Assembly (NCBI GenBank): GCA_017654855.1
Contig: CM030335.1
Coordinates: 1-64,000, forward strand
Reading direction: 5' to 3'
DNA: 64,000 bases
DNA from: Podospora anserina
Lineage: Eukaryota
Position numbers and translations under genes: made by a program. Below are positions 1 through 12,673 of the stretch, piece after piece. Within the stretch, counting starts at the first letter, position 1. Every line of letters begins with the position of its first letter. Below the pieces are notes generated by a model. That model was not told where the DNA came from and did not search any database. It was given only the letters and a program-made list of their open reading frames with translations.

Positions 1-125
1 CTCCTAACCCTAACCCTAACCCTAACCCTAACCCTAACCCTAACCCTAACCCTAACCCTAACCCTAACCCTAACCCTAACCCTAACCCTAACCCTAACCC
101 TAACCCTAACCCTAACCCTAACCCT
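1..125 (+). repeat. Telomere, ~20 copies of CCCTAA (chromosome left end)
   Basis: Perfect (CCCTAA)n run starting at the first bases of the window; the canonical TTAGGG telomere of filamentous ascomycetes. Confidence 0.99.
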
Positions 126-2610
126 ATAGCGGGCAGCACTTCCTTTAACATAATCATAGCGGTTAGTCTTATCATATCATTATATATATACAGCGGTTGG
201 TATGCTTTTTTCTGTCGGTACTTTTTTTAATATATTTATAGCGGTTAGTTTTATTATATTATTATATATATATAGCGGTTGGTATGCTTTTTTCTGTCGG
301 TACTTTTTTTAATATATTTATAGCGGTTAGTTTTAATATAATATTATATATATATAGCGTTTAGTATACTTTTTACTATTAGTACTTTTTTTAATATATT
401 TATAGCGCTTAGTCTTAATATATTATTATATATATATAGCGTTTAGTATACTTTTTACTATTAGTACTTTTTTTAATATATTTATAGCGCTTAGTCTTAA
501 TATATTATTATATATATATAGCAGTTATTATGCTTTTTACTATTAATAATTCTTTTAATATATTTATAGCGGTTAGTCTTAATATATTATTATATATATA
601 TAGCGGTTAGCATGCTTTTTACTATAAATATAGCGTTTAGTATTTCTTATACTATATATCGAGCGCTTAGTTTTTATTTATTATATATATATATATTGCA
701 TTTAATATTTTTTTTTTTTATATATAGCGGTAAGTATTTCTTTATATATATATATATCGGTTAATATATCTTTAGATATATATATAGCAGTTGATTTTTA
801 TATACTTTTATATATATATATATATATAGCGGTTTAATACTTTTTTTACTATATAGATAGCGCTTAGTTTTAACGTATCTTTATATATATTTTTAGCGGT
901 TAGCAATTTTTTCTATATATATATAGCGGTCAGCACTTCTTTCTATATATATATAGCGGTTAATACTTCTTTCCATATATTTATAGCGGTTAATCTTAAC
1001 GGATCTTTCTATATATTTATAATAATTAAAATTTCTTTTTATATATTTATAGCCGTTAGCATTTTCTTTATATATATATATAACTTAATATTCCTTTCTA
1101 TATTTATATAGCGGTTAACACTTTTTCCTTTTTATATATACAGATTACTATTCCTTTCTATGTTTCTATAGCGGTTAGTTTAACCTACCCTTATATATAT
1201 ATCGCGGTTAACACTTTTTTCTATATATATATACGGGTTACTATTCCTTTTTATATTTCTATAGCGGTTAGTTTTAACCTACCCTTATATATATATCGCG
1301 GTTAATACTTTTTTCTATATATATATACGGGTTACTATCCCTTTTTATATTTCTATAGCGGTTAGTTTTAACGTATCCTTATATATATATAGCGGTTGGC
1401 CCCTTTTTCCATATATATATACTAGTTTATATTCCTTTCTATATTTATATAGCGGTTAATTTTAATTAATATATATATATATATATTTTTTACCCTTAAT
1501 AGTCTTTTTATTTATATATAACAATTAATACTTTTTTTATTTATATATATACCGGTTAGTATTCCTTGCTATATATAAAGCGGTAAATCTTTATATATAT
1601 TTATAGCGGTTAACACTATTTACTATATCTATATAGCAGTTAGTATTTCTTTCTATATATTTATAGTAATAAGTTTTAATAGATCTTTATATATATATAT
1701 AGCGGTTAGCGCTTCTTTCCACATATATATACGGGTTACTATTCCTTTTTATATTTATATAGCGGTTAGTTTTAACGTATTTTTATATATATATATAACG
1801 GTTAGCACTTCTTTTCACATATATATACGGGTTACTCTTTCTTTTTATATTTTTATAGCGGTTAGTTTTAACGTATCTTTATCTATATATATCGCGGTTA
1901 ATACTTTTTTCCATATATATATACGGGTTACTATTCCTTTTTATATTTCTATAGCGGTTAGTTTTAACGTATCCTTATATATATATAGCGGTTAGCATTT
2001 CTTTCTATATATATATACGGGTTATTATTCCTTTCTATATTTATATAGCGGTTAGCACTTCTTTCTATATATAGATACGGGTTACTATTCCCTTTTATAT
2101 CTATATAGCGGTTAGTTTTAACGTATTTTTTTATATATATATATCGGTTAGTACTTCTTTCCACATATATATACGGGTTACTATTCCTTCTTATATTTAT
2201 ATCACAATTAGTTTTAACGTATTCTTATATATATATAGCGGTTACTACTTTTTTTTATATATATATAGCGGTTAGTACTCTTATTACTATATATATAGCG
2301 GTTAATACTTTTCCTTACGTATATATAGCGCTTAATACTTTTTTCCATATATATATACCGGTTAATATTCCTTTCTATATTTATATAGCGGTTAGCACCT
2401 TATTTACTATATATATAGCGGTTAATACTTTTTTTTTACGTATATATAGCGGGTTTAATACATTTATACTTATATATAGTTATTAGCTTTTATATAGTTT
2501 TATATATACGTATAGTAATTCGTGTTCCCTCTTACTAATATATAGTAGTTAGTCTTTATATATCCTTATATATATATATAGCGGTTCGGGTACTTTCCTA
2601 CTTATATATA
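126..2610. repeat. Telomere-adjacent degenerate minisatellite (~30-34-bp monomers in higher-order units)
   Basis: Dozens of tatatatagcggttag / atatacgggttact cores. Period is ~82 bp at 159-570 and ~94 bp (three monomer types) at 1201-1295 and beyond. Heavily RIP-mutated. Confidence 0.92.
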
Positions 2611-2964
2611 ATAATTATATATTCTTTAAATTTTTATATTATAATATATAGTTTTTTTTCGTTTATATATATTAAGTATTAATATTTATATATATATATA
2701 TATATATCAATCTAACTTTATTTATTTAATTTACAAAAAATAATAAATTTTATATTTTAAATTTATTTAATTAATAATTTTTTTTTACTATATATTATAC
2801 CCTTATTTAATTACTTCTTTCTTTCTTTCTTTATTAATTATTTAATTTCTTTATACTATTTAAAAATATTAATAAAAAGTCTCTTTATATTTATTAATTT
2901 CTTTTTTATTATAAAACATTATTATTTTTTTCGTAAAATAGTACATTTAAAGTTTTATAAATAT

Positions 2965-3335
2965 ATTTATATAAAGTTCGGCTATATTTTTAAAAGTATA
3001 AATAATAATATAAACTTTTTAAAGAATTCGGGGGTTTATAGGTTATATATATAAATAGTTTATTTTTAATATTTTATTTTAAATACGATATCGACTTTTC
3101 TTTTTTTATATTTTATATATTATACGTATATAGGCTATTCTAGCCCTCTAATCAGGCCGTTCCGGTACTTATTATATAGCTTGCGAGCCTATAATATCTT
3201 TTCTTTTTCCTACGTATAGTATAGCTTACTAGTAAACTCTTATTATATATATATCTTTATAATATTATAATTAATTTTATATATTCTTCTACTATCATAA
3301 TATAATATTTTTCTTTATTTTTACTTTTATTTACA
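2965..3335 (+). mobile_element. Diverged solo LTR of family B (same family as 27640-28002), inverted relative to the other copies
   Basis: tagccctctaatcaggcc...ttattatatagcttgcgagcctata (3141-3193) is the reverse complement of the LTR-B core at 27771-27825. Ends are approximate. Confidence 0.75.
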
Positions 3336-3380
3336 AAATATATATATATATATATTTTTTTAAAAAAAAAAACCGTAATA

Positions 3381-6300
3381 TTACTCTATCAACTTTAAAT
3401 ATCTCGTATAAATTTCCTCCCACACCTTAACCCAAACTAATACCATCACAAAACACTTAATATCCAATACTTTTACCCGTATAAGTAACCGATATACTAC
3501 CTCCATCTCGTTATCCAATATAACCCCGTATTTCTAATAAAGTGCCTTAATATCTTCTTTAAACCAACCCAAACCCCTTTTTTTAACTATAATTAACCTC
3601 ATTATTAATTTTATTCCGTACGAATAATCCTTCCTAAACTTATAAAACGAACCCTTATCTTCCCTTAACAGTTCCTACCGCCTATAAAACCTTTTTAAAA
3701 CCCTATACTTATTATACCCCTAGAAACCTCCGTTTAACTTTCGTACGGTACTTAAACTTAAACCCCTAACCCTTAAAAGCCAATCGCTTAACTCTACGCT
3801 TTTTTTCTAAACCCGTTTATCCTTAAGTAAACCCTTTAATATATATAGCTTTTCTAATCCACTAAGAAATTTAGTTAATTATAAAGTATTTTATATAATA
3901 CCGTAGAATCTATAAACCGTTAATTACTAAAATTCGTACCGTATATATTCCTCCCTAAACTCGGTATACTTTAAAAAATAAACTATATAATTTACCTATA
4001 ATTATAAAAACACTTTAGTTATAACCTCTACGTTTCGTACAATATTTTTCCTCCTTTTCCGCTTTTTTATAATAATTTAACGTTACTTTTTTTTATTAAT
4101 AATTATATCGAAAACCTATTTATCTATAGTCTCCGGGATTACCGTATAATAAAACTTATAAGCCTCCTCCTCTATTCGGAATAACTCCGTACGAGCCATA
4201 CTAAAAAACCGCTCTTTATATAACCTATATAACTCCTCGCCCTCCTTATACCCGGCCCTATCTATCCGCCCGTTTATTACCCGGGAAAAAATAATCCTAT
4301 AATATAAATTATTATTCCGTACGAAATACTTTATTTTTAGTAACGTTAAATCTATAACTCCGGTAATTAATTTTCCGGCCGTACAATTCTTTATAAAAAA
4401 AATTACCGATTCGGCCTTTACTCCGTTTTTCCCGGCTCGTCCGCTTTCCTAAATAAAATCCTTTAATATCTTTAAAAGCCCAGTATAAAAAATATATCGT
4501 ACGTCTAAAATATCGATACTAGTACCTAGGGCAGACGTTACTATAATAGTACTACCGCTTTTAATCTACCTTCGTATAATCTTACTTTTCTAGATACTCT
4601 CTTCTACACTATTATAGTATACTAAATATTTAAGTAAGTATAAAATAACTTTAGTAAAATTAATCGAAGGGAAATAAATAATAACCCTCGTACGAGGATT
4701 ACGGTTACCGATAGAGTTAACTTACTAGTAAAGGGTTTAGAAGACAGCCTTTTAATCCTTATACTTAACTATAAAGTACTTAATATTCGACCGGAATATA
4801 ATAAACCGTACGATAGTTACCTTTTACGAATTAAAATATAAACTTTTATAAAACCCTAATAAGTCCCGAGGTAGGAAGGTAGCTATTAGGAAGAGTAATT
4901 ATATCCCGATTAAAGCTATATATTAGCCGATTTGCCGGAAGAGTAATCGAAATTCGTACGATAAGTCTAAAATAATATAATACTTATTAAAAATAATCCG
5001 GTTAAACTATTATCGTACGTTAAATTTATTAACGAAAGTCTTAAACGTTTTAATATTAAAGGCTTTCGGGGTTATAAAAATAATTTAATTAATCGAAACC
5101 TTTTTAAAACTCTAAATCGTATAACTAATCCTTAATTCTTTATAATACCGGGCTATATCTTTTTATAATACTATAAAAGGAGAAATAATAATAATAACCC
5201 CGTCCTTCGTATAATAAATTAAAAATAAAAAAATAATACTTTTTTTACTACCTATCCCGGTAATATAAAGGATTAAGCTAAACCTTTATACGATAGAAGT
5301 TAATACCTCGCGTTAATTACCCTTAAAACTAATATTAAAGTTATTAAATATCTAACGGAAATAGCCCTTAATATTAAAGCTAACTAGGTACCGGAGTCGT
5401 CCCTACCGTACAGTATAACGTTAGTTCTAAAAAAAATTAGTTTTAATTTACTAGAGGGTTAAAGTATCGTCCGAGCCGAAAGTAAATAACTAATACCATA
5501 ACTAACTAAACTTTATAAACCGCTATTATCGTACAGTATACCCTAACCTTCCCTAATTAATATACCTAGCATATACTATTCTAATAATCCTTTCCGAATA
5601 GCCGGTTTAAGCCGTAATAATAGGATTAAAGCCCTTATTTTCGTTATCCTCGTCGCAACTAAAATCAGACCTGTTATAATTATCGGATAACGGTATTATC
5701 TTATTTTTTAATAAACTCTTTAGAATAAAATAAATAAAAAATTAGCGGGTAATACCTACGGTAATATAACGTTAAAGCCAAATATTAATTTTAAATCCGA
5801 AGTAGCGCTTTATATACGATACAAGGGCCCGGTTAACTTTATTAGACGATTATTAATTTTTTAGGTTACCGGAGGATATACTTTAGCCGGCACCCCTAAA
5901 CTTAATATTTTTAAATAACCGTATAAATTTAAAATCCTAAAAGAATAAGGTAGGGGTAAAAGCTTTATTAAACTAATATTATAAATTAAAGTAAAAAAAG
6001 TGGATAAGCTAGAGGTATTATATAACGTTTATACCTAGCTCCCTTAGGAAATAATAATAAATAACTTTTAACTATCCGGTATAGCTTAACCCTTTATTAT
6101 ACCGTAATACGATTACGACTATACCGTACTAAATAAATATATTTTTAAACTCTTTAACTAATATATTATAAAACCTTATATTTAAAAGCTTTATTGTACG
6201 AGATAGTAACCCTATTAATAAATAAATAATAATAAAAAGGAGGGATCGAAGTTTATTTACCCGGTCTAGGTACGATTAGGCCTCGGTCGTATAATAAATA

Positions 6301-8087
6301 TAACTATCGCCCTATTTTCTTAATTAAAGTTAAGTAAGGGAAGGATTTTCGGTAATTCGTTATATAATTTAATTTTAAAGCCGCTAGAAATATATATTGC
6401 TAGGATCGGAAAGAAAGGAATACCTAATTTTATTTTAATTTATATTATCCTTTAAATTATCCTAAGGAATTTCCGGGATAGGAATACCCGATATTAATAA
6501 GAAAGTTAAGTCCTAAACTATACAATTAATTTTATTAATTAAAATATATATTATCTCGGCCAGAGCGTTAATAGTAATAGAGATATCCTAATATATAATA
6601 GTAATACTATTAAACGTAAACCTACTTTCGGATACCGTAAAGCTATTAATAATTATACTATACGTATGAGCCTCTAAAACCTAGTTTATTGGTATAAGGT
6701 AATTACTTTAATAAACTTTAATTATAAACCTCGAGACTTTAGAGCGGACGATATTAAAGAAATTAAGTTTTTTACCTACTTCTTTTAGCCGGGTAAATTT
6801 ATAAAATAAATATTATATAATAAAGGCTTTACCGAGGGTAACGATAGTAAAGAGGAGTAATATAAAGTTAGACGGGGTATATTACTTTCTATTATCCTTT
6901 AGGGCTATAATAGTTAGGGCAAAGAGGAAGGCACTTTCGTATAACGACTATAGGAAAGGATAATCTAAAAGTCTAATAAAAAAATCGATAAGTACTTAAT
7001 TTAATAACTTTCTTCCGGCCTTATTACTACCGTAATAAAACTCCTATATTATTTATATAATAGTCTCTAAACTTTTTATTTAACTAACGTTTAAATCGTA
7101 CGGTAACCAATCCTATTAATCCCAACTCTATATATAATAAATATACTTAAAAATCCTTTTTTAAATAAAAAAGTATTTCTATATTATACGAAGGACCAAA
7201 TTATTATTATTAAAAAGCTTAAAAGGTTTTTAATTAATCGTTTTTTTATTAATTTCGAATAAAACCGGGTAACCGACTTTATCGGATAACGACCTTACTA
7301 TTATATCGGTAATAACTTAATTAATCCTCTCCTAAATTTTATAGAGGACCGTAAAAGTAATTAAATTCTTACCGTTTAACTATCCTTCGTTTAAATTAAA
7401 AAAAGTCGAACGATATATAGTTTACCGGTCTAAAAACCTAAAGTAATATACTTAACCCATTCTATTTAATTAGGAATTTAAAGCTAATCGTCCCTTATTT
7501 ACTATAATAATTATTAATATTTATTAAAAAATTAAATTAATTATATAATAAAATACTATAAACTACTCTTTTCGTTTTTAGGTTTATTATACGAGGTTAG
7601 GACTTCCGGCTACCGGCTCCGTTAATCGTACCTTAAAATATTTAATAATTAACCGGCTTTTAAAAAACCGTTAATAATATATTTTAATTATTTAAAATCC
7701 CTAATATTATTAAGCTACTTTAATATTTCTTCCTTTTATATTAAGGTTAACCTAATTATACTTCGTATAATAATGCTCCTGTATCGCCCTTTTAGTCCGT
7801 ACGATATAAGCGTAGGCATCGCACTTTAATCTATTAAAAAAAGGCTTCCCTAGTTCTAAAATTAAGTTAATTACCGTAAAAAGAAATATAAAGTTTATTA
7901 AGTTTTATTATTTTCGAAAAACTATTAATAAATTATTATACTCTCGTACAATATTTAATTTATCTATAACTATAATATCTTTATAAGATATATAAAGATA
8001 AGTAAGTACTTTATCTATAAGAATAGTTACCTTATATTTCCTATAAATAAGAATTTGAAAGCGGGAGATATAAATAAAAGGGTCCAT
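3381..8087 (-). pseudogene. RIP-inactivated telomere-linked RecQ helicase (TLH): N-terminal Zn finger/DUF3505-like region, tyrosine-recombinase-like middle region, RecQ helicase core and Zn-binding region
   Basis: Literal minus-strand translation: ATG at 8087 (MDPFIYISRFQILIYRKYK); C2H2-like KCDAYAYIVRTKRAIQEHYYTKY (~7830-7760); motif I LYITGIGSKKS (~5270); Ia GVIIIISPF (~5200); II RIIFNKYY = RIVFDECH (~5000); III LFLIATFLP (~4895); V-VI IVTSALGTSIDILDVR...*ESGRAGKNG (~4550-4420); GYKEGEELYRLY = CEEGEELCxxC (~4250). Many TAA/TAG stops derived from CAA/CAG/TGG. Transcribed toward the telomere. Confidence 0.93.
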
Positions 8088-8219
8088 TCTAGTATAGTAT
8101 TAATAGTAATATAATAGTTATATACGATACGAGATATTATTAAATTAAAGTTTATTAATAAGTTTTTTTGGAAAAGGATACCCTATTAAAGGTGGAGTGG
8201 GTTACGTATAAGTAAATAA

Positions 8220-8910
8220 AGGTAGTAACGTGCGGTTACCGGGGTCTAGGTCCCGTACGATAGTCAGGGCGTGCCTAGGCAGGAAGGTAGTAAAGTGCGG
8301 TTGCTAGTCCCATACGATAGTTAGGGCGTGCCTGGGCAGGAAGGCAGTAGCGTGCGGTTGCCGGGGTCTGGGTCTGCAAAAGCAGACCTTTTCCTCTAAA
8401 GCAGGCCTTTTCTTCTAAATCCCTCGACAGGCTAGCTGTATAATAAAGCTTTGTTATTCCGATCCAGGCGTCTGGGTCCCGTACGGTAGGCAAGGCTCGC
8501 CTAGGCACGAAGGCAGTGGCGTACGGCTGCGAGGATCTAGGACTATTTCTTTTAACTACCTCGACTACCCAGCTATGTAACAGAGCCTTATTATTCCGAT
8601 CCAGGCGTCTAGGTCCCGTACGGTAGGCAAGGCTCGCCTAGGCGCGAAGGCAGTAGCGTACGGCTGCGAGGATCTAAGACCATTTCTTCTAACTACCTCG
8701 ACTACCTAACTATATAACAGAGCCTTATTATTCCGATTAAAGCGTCTGGGTACCGTACGATAGTTAGGGCATGCCTCGGCAGGAAGGTAGTAGCGTGCGG
8801 TTGCCGGGGTCTAGGTCTATAAAGCAGGCCTTTTCTTTTAAATCCCTCGATAGGCTAGCTATATAACATAGCCTTATTATTCCGATCAAGCCGTCTAGGT
8901 GCCGTACGAT
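8220..8910. repeat. GC-rich complex tandem repeats in the divergent TLH/DUF3716 intergenic region
   Basis: ttattccgat anchors at ~8454, 8591, 8728 and 8877 (periods 137, 137, 149). ~60-bp subunits cgtacgatagttagggcgtgcctgggcaggaaggtagtagcgtgcggttgcc occur at ~8255, 8310 and 8755. Confidence 0.9.
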
Positions 8911-9256
8911 AAGGTTTAATTAAAAGATATAGATATTTAGTTCCCGAACGGTTATATAATAAGCCTATCGTATAATAAAATAATATAAATATCGTATAAT
9001 AAAATAATATAAATATCGTATAATAGAATATTATATAATAATAAAAAAGTATTATATAATTCTTATACGGGGTTTATAGATTTATCGTTTATTAGTATTA
9101 TCGCCTAAAAAGTAATACAAAGATCTTAAAGCATAATAACTAAGCGATATATACGGTCTTAAAGTTTCTAGAGGTATAAGTTTAATTCTAATTAAAGCCC
9201 TTTTTTAATAAACTTTTAATCGTACAAATCAATTAACTTTTAAACAAACATTTAAA

Positions 9257-9775
9257 ATAGCTTTTATCCTTACCACCCGTAACTCGTATAAAATTATCGA
9301 CACTAACCAGCCTTATATTAGGAGCCTAATAAACAGCTTCTATATTAATATTAATATATATCTTTCCCGTACGATAATACTTAAACTAATAAATATATAG
9401 GAGACACAACAAATAATTTCGGCTCTACCATCGGCCAATATCAAATACGTCCCCGGCAAAATAAAGGGGGTTAAGGTACTAACTCGTCCGAGCTACCTAA
9501 ATACAATTTTAATCTAGAGCCGTAATTCCGTAGCTACCTCTCCCTATACTACCTATACTAATAAGCCTAATAGAGGGCCGTTTAAGGATTATCGCACGAC
9601 AGATAGGTACTAGGGTAGTACTTATAGTAACTGTAAGTGGAGGGATTACGGTAATAAATATAGCTTCTATACCGCTAAACAAAGCGGTACTAAAGCCGAG
9701 GAAAAGAGCGAGGGAAATAAGGGAACGGCGGAAGAGAGCTAGAAGCCTATAATTATTAGTAATTCCGATAATTAA
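9257..9775 (+). pseudogene. RIP-inactivated DUF3716-like small Cys-rich protein (~172 codons)
   Basis: Single frame reads RPSYLNTILI*SRNSVATSPYTTYTNKPNRGPFKDYRTTDRY*GSTYSNCKWRDYGNKYSF. De-RIPed this is RPSYLNAILIQSRG..PCxxC..GPFxxC..WGGACGNCKWRDHGxxCS, the recalled DUF3716 signature. Start codon ATG->ATA at 9257; acidic tail ending in TAA. Confidence 0.8.
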
Positions 9776-9819
9776 ATAAATCGTATAATAATAAAAATCG
9801 ATTAATTTTATATTTTTTA

Positions 9820-12570
9820 TTTATAATTCTATACCGTTCGTACAATAATATACTTTATACTATTTTATACAGCTCGTTCAGGCAATTTTAATAATATCTT
9901 TATTTTTTATATTAATAGGAGAAATCCCATCGGATCGTATAATTTACTTTTCTATCACCCAACCTCACTTTACTATCTACGTACATTACCAGCATACTTA
10001 TACCTAACTTCACATCTTTTACTTACAATTCCACACCACTTATACGATAATACACCTTATACTATTCTATACAACTCGTTTAATTATTTTTAATAATATT
10101 TTTACTTTTTATTTTAATATAAAAAATCCTATCGGATCGTACAACTTACTCTTCTATTACCTAACCTCACTTTACTATCTATATACATTACTAACATACT
10201 TATACCTAACTTCATATTTACCATTCACAATTCCACACCACTCGTACGATAATACACCCTATACTATTCTATACAGCTCGTTCAGGTAATTCTAATAATA
10301 TCTTTACTTTTTATATTAATAAAAAAAATCCCATCGGATCGTATAACTTACCCTTCTATTACCCAACCTTACTTTACTATTTACGTACATTACTAATATA
10401 CTTATACCTAACTTCATATCTTTTACTTACAATTCTACACCGCTCGTATAATAATATACCTTATACTATTCTATACAACTCGTTTAAACAATTTTAATAT
10501 TATCTTTACTTTTTATTTTAACGGAAGAAATCCTATCGGATCGTATAACTTACCCTTCTATTACCCAACCTTACTTTACTATCCACGTACACTACTAGCA
10601 TACTTATACCCAACTTCATATCTTTTACTTACAATTCCACACCGCTCGTACAATAATATACCTTATACTATTCTATACAGCTCGTTTAGGCGATTCTAAT
10701 ACTATCTTTGCTTTTTATTTTAACGGGAGAAATCCTATCGGATCGTACAACTTACTTTTCTATTACCCAACCTCACTTTACTATCCACGTACATTACTAG
10801 CATACTTATACCTAACTTCATATTTTTTACTTATAATTCCATACCGCTCGTACGATAATATACCTTATACTATTCTATACAGCTCGTTTAGTTATTTCTA
10901 ATAGTATCTTTACTTTTTATTTTAATAGGGGAAATCCCATCGGATCGTATAACTTACTTTTCTATTACCTAATCTCACTTTACTATCTACGTATATTATT
11001 AATACACTTATACCTAACTTTATATCTACCATTTACAATTCTACACCGCTTATACGATAATATACCCTATACCATTCTATGCAACTCGTTTAGGTAATTC
11101 TAATAGTATCTTTACTTTTTATATTAATGGGAGAAATCCTATTAGATCGTATAACTTACTTTTCTATTACTTAACCTTACTTTACTATTTACGTACATTA
11201 TTAATATACTTATACTTAACTTTATATTTTTTACTTATAATTCTATACCGCTCGTATAATAATATACCTTATACTATTCTATATAGCTCGTCCAGGCGAT
11301 TCTAATACTATCTTTACTTTTTATTTTAACGGGAGAAATCCTATCGGATCGTACAACTTACCTTTCTATTACCCAACCTTACTTTACTATCTACGTACAT
11401 TACTAGTATACTTATACCTAACTTTATATCTTTTACTTATAATTCTATACCGCTCGTATAATAATATACTTTATACTATTCTATGCAACTCGTTTAAGCG
11501 ATTTTAATAATATCTTTACTTTTTATTTTAATAGGGGAAATCCCATCGGATCGTATAATTTACTTTTCTATTACCTAACCTTACTTTACTATTTATATAT
11601 ATTATTAATATATTTATACTTAACTTTATATTTACTATTTATAATTCCATACCGCTCGTATAATAATATACCCTATACTATTCTATATAACTCGTTTAAG
11701 CAATTCTAATAATATCTTTACTTTTTATATTAATAGGAAAAATCCTATCGGATCGTATAACTTACCCTTCTATTACTTAACCTTACTTTATTATTTACGT
11801 ATATTATTAATATATTTATACTTAACTTTATATTTTTTACTTATAATTCTACACCGCTCGTATAATAATATACTTTATACTATTCTATGCAATTCGTTTA
11901 GTTATTTCTAATAATATTTTTACTTTTTATTTTAATAAGAGAAATCTTATCGGATCGTATAATTTACTTTTCTATTACCTAACCTTACTTTATTATTTAC
12001 GTATATTACTAGTATACTTATACTTAACTTTATATCTACTATTTATAATTCTATACCGCTCGTATAATAATATACCTTATACTATTCTATATAGCTCGTT
12101 TAAGTAATTTTAATAGTGTTTTTACTTTTTATATTAATAGGAGAAATCCTATCGGATTATATAATTTACCTTTCTATTACCTAACCTCACTTTACTATCT
12201 ACGTACATTACTAATATATTTATACTTAACTTTATATTTTTTACTTATAATTCTATACCGCTCGTACAATAATATACTTTATACTATTCTATATAGCTCG
12301 TTTAAGTAATTCTAATACTATCTTTGCTTTTTATTTTAACGGGAGAAATCCTATCGGATCGTATAACTTACCCTTCCATTACCCAACCTCACTTTACTAT
12401 CCACGTGCATTACTAGCATACTTATACCTAACTTTACATCTTTTACTTACAATTCCACACCGCTCGTACGATAATACACCTTATACCATTCTGTGCAGCT
12501 CGTCTAGGCGATTCTAATGCTATCTTTGCTTTTTATTTTAACGGGAGAAATCCCATCGGATCGTACAACT
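9820..12570. repeat. Tandem array of ~14 x 202-bp units
   Basis: The atcggatcgt anchor recurs every 202 bp from ~9929 to ~12555 (10131, 10333, 10535 ...). Copies differ mostly by RIP transitions. Confidence 0.97.
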
Positions 12571-12673
12571 GAATTCTTTAACGGATCCTACCCCCTATTT
12601 CTAAAGTGGGGCCTTTTTTTTGGTGCGCTTTTCAACGGATTGTACTACAATCCATCGGAGAATAACTAATAGG
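12571..12673. other. Array end cap (~103 bp) with palindrome GGATTGTA-C-TACAATCC, copy 1
   Basis: Non-array sequence immediately after the last 202-bp unit. Homologous copies lie at 17369-17470 and 27178-27279 with the same right boundary. Confidence 0.9.

Noticed and set aside
1964-2164. 66-aa ORF with 10-aa periodicity
   Set aside because: Chance read-through of the 30-bp minisatellite; interspersed 34-bp monomers break the frame.
8275-8508. 77-aa ORF
   Set aside because: Lies wholly in non-coding tandem repeats; no domain.
9820-12570. 202-bp array as a CRISPR array or repeat-protein gene
   Set aside because: Eukaryotic context, no unique spacers, unit length not a multiple of 3, no consistent frame.
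1-12673. Starship (DUF3435 captain) element
   Set aside because: The YR-like motifs sit inside a DUF3505/RecQ fusion transcribed toward the telomere; no DUF3435-type first gene or paired direct repeats were seen.
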